A stretch of 64,000 bases of DNA from Bdellovibrionota bacterium (GTDB lineage Bacteria > Bdellovibrionota_G > JALEGL01 > DATDPG01), in assembly GCA_963668355.1 (NCBI GenBank), contig OY764265.1:1504001-1568000 (forward strand), in the 5' to 3' direction. How positions within the stretch are numbered: the stretch's first letter is position 1; every line of letters begins with the position of its first letter. The notes under the pieces were generated by a model. It saw only the letters and a program-made list of their open reading frames with translations. It ran no database searches and was not told the DNA's origin. Of this stretch, positions 57,625-64,000 are shown one piece after another. A program made the position numbers and the translations under genes.

Positions 57625-58590
57625 TTAAATGGGAACTTCAATGGATTCCAAGATTTCTTGCATGACCAACTCAGACATGGAATGGGCGTCTTGTGTGGCA
57701 GAAGAAGATCTTCTCCGACCGCTAACGATCAATCGGTGTGCGAGAACGGGAATGGCCAGAGCCTTTACGTCGTCCGGGGTGACGAAGCTGCGACCCGAAA
57801 CAAACGCACGTGCCTGACATGCGCGGTAAAAAGCTAAAGATGCACGGGGGCTGGCACCCAGTTCAAGATCACGAACTTCTCGCGTCTTTCCGATGATGGT
57901 CAAAAGATATTTGGAAACATCTGCGTCCACGTGAATTTCTCTGGAAGCGTGTTGCATTTCCTGAATTCGAGACTTGGTGCAGACAGGTTTTAGATTCACC
58001 AAATGAGGGTCACTTCCTTTGGTGTCTAAAATTCGGGCTTCTTCCGAGCGAGAAGGATACCCCATCTGGATTCTCATTAAGAAACGATCCAACTGGGACT
58101 CTGGGAGAGGGTAGGTGCCATGAAACTCGATTGGATTCTGTGTGGCAATGACCATGAACGGGGGGGAAATGGGGTGCGTCTCTCGTTCAATCGTTACGCT
58201 GAAATCTTGCATGGCTTCCAAGAGTGCGCTTTGGGTTTTCGGCGTGGTTCGGTTGATCTCGTCGGCCAGCAGAATGCTTGTGAAAATGGGTCCTGGACGG
58301 AACTCAAATTGACGCGTCTCGGTATTGAAAATCGTTACACCCAAGACATCAGACGGAAGTAAGTCACTCGTAAACTGAATGCGCTGAAATTCTCCATCTA
58401 TGGATTTGGCCAAAGCCAAAGCCAGAGTGGTTTTTCCCACGCCTGGAACATCTTCAATCAAGAGATGGCCTTCGGCCAATAAGCAGATGAGCAATTGGTC
58501 GATGATGTCGTCCTTCCCCAAGATTGCTTGAGCCATGGACGTTTTGAGACTCGCGAGTTCGTTTTTAAATGCGTCGTGTGATTTCATCAT
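57625..58590 (-). CDS. moxR: MoxR family AAA+ ATPase
   Basis: EDVPGVGKT, RIQFTSDLLPSD, DEINR, ATQNP, QLDRF. Confidence 0.93.
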   Translation of the reverse strand: MMKSHDAFKNELASLKTSMAQAILGKDDIIDQLLICLLAEGHLLIEDVPGVGKTTLALALAKSIDGEFQRIQFTSDLLPSDVLGVTIFNTETRQFEFRPGPIFTSILLADEINRTTPKTQSALLEAMQDFSVTIERETHPISPPFMVIATQNPIEFHGTYPLPESQLDRFLMRIQMGYPSRSEEARILDTKGSDPHLVNLKPVCTKSRIQEMQHASREIHVDADVSKYLLTIIGKTREVRDLELGASPRASLAFYRACQARAFVSGRSFVTPDDVKALAIPVLAHRLIVSGRRRSSSATQDAHSMSELVMQEILESIEVPI

Positions 58591-58684
58591 GAGCTTGTCT
58601 CGGTGTTTGAGATTCTGTACGATACATACCGTTTTCGGGAAAAAAACTCATCACTATTCCCACTTTTCCAAAGGAGTTGCGAAT

Positions 58685-59476
58685 ATGCGTTTGGTAAGGA
58701 GATCCCTCTCAAAGGTTCTTGTTTTCGCGTTGGCCCTGACTTGGTTCGGGTGTGCGAGCGATGAAGCGACGAATATCGAAGAAGCCCAGTTTCTGTTGGA
58801 CAACGGACAGTTTGTGGAAGCTGAGGTAGCGGCCCGAGCCGCATTGGCCGGAAATCCGGACAGTGTGGACGCGACGTATCTTTTGGCTTCAGCTCTTTTT
58901 GGGCAATCCGTATTGGGAGACGAGTCGACCTTTCTCACTTTGCTTTCTCGAGCCTTGGAAGACCAAGGGAACGATACCGAACTTCAAACCTTTGCCCGGA
59001 TTGCACCCGTTCTTCAGGGAAGTGATCTTGAAGATTTGGAAGAAGCGACGGACATTTTGAATGCCCTTCCGGATCTTTCCAAAGATGAGGATATTTATTT
59101 GCTGTTGTATGCGACACGAATGTTTGAAATTGCGGCCGCCGTCACGCAAATTGGTGGTAGCTCAGATGATCTAACATGTAATTATGGTGGCGGGGATGAA
59201 CCCGATGGTGTTCCAGATGATTTGTTTTCGGATGATGACCATCAATTATCATCCACTCGCAATCAAAGGTTTCGGACGAATTTGAATGAGGCCCCTCTTG
59301 AGGCGGAACGGGGAGGGTTGCCAGAGGACTTCGACATTACGAGCCGGTTTAGCACCATGCTGGACGAACTGGATGCTGCCATTGCAGCAGCGCCTGACGT
59401 CGATACTGGCACACAAGATTATTTGACTGATCAATTTCCTGTAAGTGCGTCATCTGGATGCAATTTGGCACCCTAG
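58685..59476 (+). CDS. Acidic TPR-like lipoprotein
   Basis: Lipobox WFGC; AAGGAG RBS; TTGTCT-N17-TACGAT upstream. Confidence 0.75.
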   Translation: MRLVRRSLSKVLVFALALTWFGCASDEATNIEEAQFLLDNGQFVEAEVAARAALAGNPDSVDATYLLASALFGQSVLGDESTFLTLLSRALEDQGNDTELQTFARIAPVLQGSDLEDLEEATDILNALPDLSKDEDIYLLLYATRMFEIAAAVTQIGGSSDDLTCNYGGGDEPDGVPDDLFSDDDHQLSSTRNQRFRTNLNEAPLEAERGGLPEDFDITSRFSTMLDELDAAIAAAPDVDTGTQDYLTDQFPVSASSGCNLAP

Positions 59477-59485
59477 GAGAACGTC

Positions 59486-60652
59486 ATGAAGAAATGCCTT
59501 TTGTCTTTTTTTGTTTTTGGATTGATTTTTTCTCTGGGGAGTGAGGTTTGGGCTCAATCCACTTTTCCAAGTTTGAGTCCAAGTACAGCTCGAAAAACAC
59601 GTAACTTGGGTATGGGAAATGTGGGTGTGGCCATTCATGGAACGCATGATTCAGCACCCTTTTATAATCCTGCAGGACTGAACGATATTGAAGACGCTCG
59701 TTTTCAGTTTTTCTCCATTACCGGTGGCGTTAGCACAGATTCCTTTGGGTTGGTGGGAGATACGATCGATTTGATCGATGACTTGGACGCCCAAACGACA
59801 GACGCGGGCAAGGTCAGTGTCTTGGACCAATTTATACAAGCCCGAACCGGTGAGTTTCACCATGTCCGTGTTTCTTTGGACTTGTTCAATTACGTTCGAA
59901 AGAATTTCGCCATTGGTCTAACGCTAGATGAACGCTTGGATATGTCCTTTAGAGATCAGTCTGTGCCGCACTTTGATGTCCGAAACTTAGGAGATGCCAT
60001 GGTGTTTTTGGGGGCATCCACATCCTTTTTGGATCGTCTGATTCAGGTAGGTGTGACGCTTCGTCCGGTGGTTCGGTTTGCCATTGATGAAGCCGACCAG
60101 ACGGTCACGTATGCAGATGTTGTGGCGGAAAACGCCGATGGAGATCCGGTCATTAAAGATCAATTCGAAAACATGAAAGAGCGGCGTTTCGGAATGGGCG
60201 TCGACCTAGGATTTAAATCCGATCTCGGTTTCAAAGCCTTCAAAGAAAAAGATTGGTATAAATTCTTAAATCCCGCAATTGGACTGACCTGGCAGGACAT
60301 TGGAAGCCCGAGTTTTGGCGTGGCTCCCGGAAATGAACAATCTGTGAGTTTGGGTTTTGCCGTTCATCCCAATGTCGGAAAGTTCAAGAACACATTTGGT
60401 TTGGATTTTCGAAGTTTAAACCAAGAAAAGGCTTTCCTGTCCAAAATGCACTTGGGTGCCGAAACCGTTTTTGACTGGGTTGTGGATGTGGGTCTTCGTG
60501 TTGGGCTTTCTCAGGGGTACTTTACTGCAGGAACCACCTTCGATTTCAAAGTCGTTCGTTTGGATGCGGCCTATTACAACGAAGAAGTCGGAGCTGTGAC
60601 GAGACAGGGTGCGAACCAACGACTGATCGCAACACTCTCCTTCAATATTTAA
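59486..60652 (+). CDS. Outer-membrane beta-barrel protein (TraF_2/FadL-like)
   Basis: LGMGNVGVA...FYNPAGL plug motif, amphipathic strands, C-terminal LSFNI. Confidence 0.75.
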   Translation: MKKCLLSFFVFGLIFSLGSEVWAQSTFPSLSPSTARKTRNLGMGNVGVAIHGTHDSAPFYNPAGLNDIEDARFQFFSITGGVSTDSFGLVGDTIDLIDDLDAQTTDAGKVSVLDQFIQARTGEFHHVRVSLDLFNYVRKNFAIGLTLDERLDMSFRDQSVPHFDVRNLGDAMVFLGASTSFLDRLIQVGVTLRPVVRFAIDEADQTVTYADVVAENADGDPVIKDQFENMKERRFGMGVDLGFKSDLGFKAFKEKDWYKFLNPAIGLTWQDIGSPSFGVAPGNEQSVSLGFAVHPNVGKFKNTFGLDFRSLNQEKAFLSKMHLGAETVFDWVVDVGLRVGLSQGYFTAGTTFDFKVVRLDAAYYNEEVGAVTRQGANQRLIATLSFNI

Positions 60653-60661
60653 GGTCTTTAT

Positions 60662-62488
60662 TTAGGATCGAAGATTGGGTCCGGCGATTCGGATTCGATC
60701 GGGTTTGCAGAGCGTGATTCTCTGGCGATCGAAATGTTCTAACAAGGGCACGGCGTATTTGCGCGAAAGTTTTGTCAGCTCTTTCCACTCGCCCATGGTT
60801 AGTTCGGCTTGGCCCTGAAAGTGTTTTTGAAGGGAACGCTTCACTTTCATGAGCGAAGCCGAATGACAGTAAAGTTTGTGGGACAATCGAGAAACCACTC
60901 CCTCTCGTTCCAAATCTTGGAGCAGTTTGCTCAACTCTTTTGTCTCAACATTCAACTCTTGAGCGAGAATGTTCAGGGTGGGTGGCGTCAATCCGTAGGT
61001 TTCAAGATGCTTCACCACGGGGTGTTGGGTGTTTTGGCCTTGGTTGGGAAGCCTAATCTCTCCATTGTGGATCTCACAGCTCTGCGCATTTCTTAAGTGT
61101 TCCAACACGCGATTTCGAAGGTGGAGATTCTTCAGGGCGGGGGATACTTTTTCAACATGCGAAAAAGGGAGAACCCCTTCTTTTTTTAACTCTGCGAGAA
61201 GTTTCTCAGAAATTCGCAGGAATACGCTTTGATGCACAATCTGTTTTTCATCCAGCCAAACGATGTTCTTTGGTCCCGACTCAATGGATAGTGTGTTTTT
61301 TTGAGCACCCAACCGCATACCTATTTCGGGAATGGAATAGACCTTCTCTTTGGCTTGAAGCCAGAGGTCGAGTCTTTCCATGGGAGATGACTTGAACACG
61401 ACATCCAGGCGTGCATCTTTGAGCTTTTGATCGGGATGGGGGTCGAGCACATAGCCTCCTCCGAGCGTTTCTGCCGGAGAGGGACGCCGGAGGATGAATT
61501 TTTGTTTTGGGAAAACCGCAATGGGGGATTGAATGCGAAGCTCACCGAGGTCGGAACGTCCCTTTTGAAAAGGAAACCACCTGGCTTCATGAGAAGAGGT
61601 CCCGGTTAAAAGGACAAAGGAGTCTCCTTTCTGAGGCTCAAAACCTTTTTTCCAAGTGGAAACGACATGAATTTTTTCCGTGGTCCGTAGGCTTCCTGGT
61701 CGAGCTAAAAGGGAAGATCGGGAGATCTGGGACTTATTGGCTCCGGAAAGGTTAATGGCCACACGGGATGCGGGCTCAAGTTTCTTAAGGCGCTCATTAA
61801 AAACTTCGATGGAACGCACCGTAAAGATATTGCCACCGGGCCATGTCTCTAATTTTTCTCCTTCCTGAAGAGGCTCTCCAGAGAGAGTCCCCGTAACAAT
61901 TGTGCCAAAGCCCGTTTGAGAAAACACGCGGTCCACGGGGATGGAAAGAGCAGGAGGGGGTTGACGATGATCTACAATCCGTTTTCCGAGTCGTGTCAAC
62001 GCCTCTTGGAGACGGGAAATGCCCGTGAGGCGACTCGAACTGACCGGAAAAATCTCAGCCTTTTTGAGCGTGGTTGGAGCCAACGTTTCTTGAATTTCTC
62101 GAATTCTTTGAGGGATGTCCCCCTTTTCAACCAGGTCGGTTTTGGTAAGGGCGCAGATGGCTTCTGAAATCCCAAGGTAATGAGCAATTTCAATATGCTC
62201 TTGGGTTTGGGGCTGGATGCCCTCGTCGGCTGCCACAACCAGCAACAAGGCATCCACACCATTGACACCTGCCACCATCGTTTGTACGAATTTCTGGTGT
62301 CCGGGAACGTCCACAATCCCTGCCGTGAGATCTGGCCCCAGGGGAAGGGGGGCAAAGCCCAACTCAATGGTTAACCCCCGTTTTTTCTCTTCGGGCAAGC
62401 GATCCGTATCTACACTCGTTAACGCCTTGACGAGCGCCGTTTTTCCGTGGTCGACGTGACCAGCCGTTCCTAAGACGAACCTTCGCAC
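60662..62488 (-). CDS. selB: Selenocysteine-specific elongation factor
   Basis: GTAGHVDHGKT, TDRLPEEKKRGLTIELGF, DVPGH; C-terminal winged helix SRKYAVPLLEHFD; GTG start inferred. Confidence 0.92.
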   Translation of the reverse strand: MRRFVLGTAGHVDHGKTALVKALTSVDTDRLPEEKKRGLTIELGFAPLPLGPDLTAGIVDVPGHQKFVQTMVAGVNGVDALLLVVAADEGIQPQTQEHIEIAHYLGISEAICALTKTDLVEKGDIPQRIREIQETLAPTTLKKAEIFPVSSSRLTGISRLQEALTRLGKRIVDHRQPPPALSIPVDRVFSQTGFGTIVTGTLSGEPLQEGEKLETWPGGNIFTVRSIEVFNERLKKLEPASRVAINLSGANKSQISRSSLLARPGSLRTTEKIHVVSTWKKGFEPQKGDSFVLLTGTSSHEARWFPFQKGRSDLGELRIQSPIAVFPKQKFILRRPSPAETLGGGYVLDPHPDQKLKDARLDVVFKSSPMERLDLWLQAKEKVYSIPEIGMRLGAQKNTLSIESGPKNIVWLDEKQIVHQSVFLRISEKLLAELKKEGVLPFSHVEKVSPALKNLHLRNRVLEHLRNAQSCEIHNGEIRLPNQGQNTQHPVVKHLETYGLTPPTLNILAQELNVETKELSKLLQDLEREGVVSRLSHKLYCHSASLMKVKRSLQKHFQGQAELTMGEWKELTKLSRKYAVPLLEHFDRQRITLCKPDRIRIAGPNLRS

Positions 62489-62557
62489 ATTGTCCTTATT
62501 CGCTAAAAATTCATCTCTTGTAAAGGAGGGCGAGTATTTATATGTTCTGCCCCGTTT

Positions 62558-63991
62558 ATGACACAAGACGCAAAAACAGATGTAGTGGTGAGTCGATATG
62601 CTAGTCCCGAAATGGCGGAGACCTTTTCGGCTGAACGTCGGATTCGATTGTGGCGGGATCTTTGGGTGGCTTTAGCTGAAGCCGAGAGAGAGCTGGGATT
62701 GCCCATCAAAAAAGAGCAGATCGATGAGTTGAAAAAGTTTCAAGACAAAATCAACTGGGATGTGGCTCAAAAACGGGAAAAAGAAATTCGACACGAGATC
62801 ATGGCACATGTTCATGCCTATGGGGCGCAGTGTAAAAAAGCCGCCGGCATCATTCATCTCGGAGCGACTAGTGCGTATGTAACGGATAACTCTGACCTCA
62901 TTATGATGAGAGACGGAATGAAGTTAATCGCGGGAAAGCTTGCGGCAGCGATTGATCGTCTCGGAGCTTTTGCGGCAAAAGAGAAAGATACGGCGACCGT
63001 CGCGTTCACACACTTTCAACCCGCGCAGCCGACGACCGTTGGAAAGCGCGCTTGTCTCTGGATTCAAGACTTCATCATGGACTTGGAACGCTTGGAATAT
63101 GAACTCAAAGATTTGCGTTTGTTGGGAGTCAAAGGAGCCACCGGGACACAGGATAGTTTTTTGAAACTTTTTGAAGGCGATAAGAAGAAGGTCCGTGATC
63201 TGGATAAAATGGTTGTGAAAAGCATGGGATTTGCAAAATCTTATGCCGTTTCAGGACAAACGTATCCACGTAAGGTTGATACGCGGGTGGTTACGATGTT
63301 GGCCGCCATCGCCGAATCTGCCTCCAAATTTGCTACGGACATTCGCTTGTTGCAGGCCATGCATGAAATCGAAGAGCCCCAGGAGGAATCTCAAATTGGT
63401 TCATCGGCCATGCCCTACAAACAGAATCCCATGCGTGCGGAGCGAACCTGCGCACTTTCCCGATATGTGATGAATCTTGTGGGCAACGTGTATGGGACGG
63501 CATCCACACAATGGTTTGAGAGAACGTTGGATGATTCTGCGAACCGTCGATTGGTCATTCCTCAGGCCTTTTTGGTATGTGATGGCGTTTTAAATCTCGT
63601 GATCAATATTGCCACGGGAATGCGCGTACGGGATGCTGTGATTGCGCAGAACTTGGACCGAGAGCTTCCCTTTCTCCAAACCGAAGAGGTGTTGATGCAT
63701 GCGGTTCGTGCAGGTGGAGACCGACAAGCATTGCATGAGAAAATCCGTGTTCATGCCGGAGCGGTTGTGAAAGAGGTTCGTGAAAAAGGAGCCTCCAATG
63801 ACTTGCTGGCCCGCCTAAGAAGGGACTCTTCTTTTTCCGCAGTTCCCCCCAAAGTCATTATCAAGGGAAATGTCAGCCGCTTTGTCGGTTTGGCCAGTCA
63901 ACAGACGGGTCGGTTCCTACGGGATTGTGTCGAGCCCGTTCGGAAAAGATACAAAACTGCGATGCGAACCCGACCCGAAGTCAGAGTCTGA
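62558..63991 (+). CDS. purB: Adenylosuccinate lyase
   Basis: SRYAS, IHLGATS, THFQPAQPTT, SSAMPYKQNP. Confidence 0.95.
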   Translation: MTQDAKTDVVVSRYASPEMAETFSAERRIRLWRDLWVALAEAERELGLPIKKEQIDELKKFQDKINWDVAQKREKEIRHEIMAHVHAYGAQCKKAAGIIHLGATSAYVTDNSDLIMMRDGMKLIAGKLAAAIDRLGAFAAKEKDTATVAFTHFQPAQPTTVGKRACLWIQDFIMDLERLEYELKDLRLLGVKGATGTQDSFLKLFEGDKKKVRDLDKMVVKSMGFAKSYAVSGQTYPRKVDTRVVTMLAAIAESASKFATDIRLLQAMHEIEEPQEESQIGSSAMPYKQNPMRAERTCALSRYVMNLVGNVYGTASTQWFERTLDDSANRRLVIPQAFLVCDGVLNLVINIATGMRVRDAVIAQNLDRELPFLQTEEVLMHAVRAGGDRQALHEKIRVHAGAVVKEVREKGASNDLLARLRRDSSFSAVPPKVIIKGNVSRFVGLASQQTGRFLRDCVEPVRKRYKTAMRTRPEVRV

Positions 63992-64000
63992 AGAAGGCCA

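Noticed and set aside
59486..60652. Conjugative element implied by the TraF-like barrel
   Set aside because: No relaxase, T4SS or integrase genes; housekeeping context

Overview
About 46% GC bacterial chromosomal segment; gene content (MYXO-CTERM-like tail, DUF4388, sigma54 promoters) suggests a delta-proteobacterial/Bdellovibrionota-like organism (inference). Most of it is housekeeping: korAB, queG, degQ, rpoH-type sigma, pruA, tRNA-Trp, 6S RNA, an ilvC-panB-coaX-coaBC-panC operon, dcd, mutS, an amidase, glnD, lnt/ybeY/phoH, proS, MoxR-DUF58-transglutaminase, selB and purB. The standout is the left end. An ORF-poor stretch of about 1.1 kb (449-1546, minus strand) has its own sigma70-like promoter, base-paired 5' and 3' ends, nested long-range helices and many GNRA/UUCG-capped hairpins, consistent with a very large structured ncRNA that I cannot assign to a known class. 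It runs directly into an exact 214-bp tandem repeat that continues to the window edge. Other points of interest: several structured intergenic elements, a tRNA 3'-end duplication, a QueG-CBS in-frame fusion, sigma54/IHF promoters on secreted-protein genes, two unannotated small membrane ORFs, and a 1168-aa exported protein with a kinase-like C-terminus. All calls were made by eye; no database search or folding program was run.
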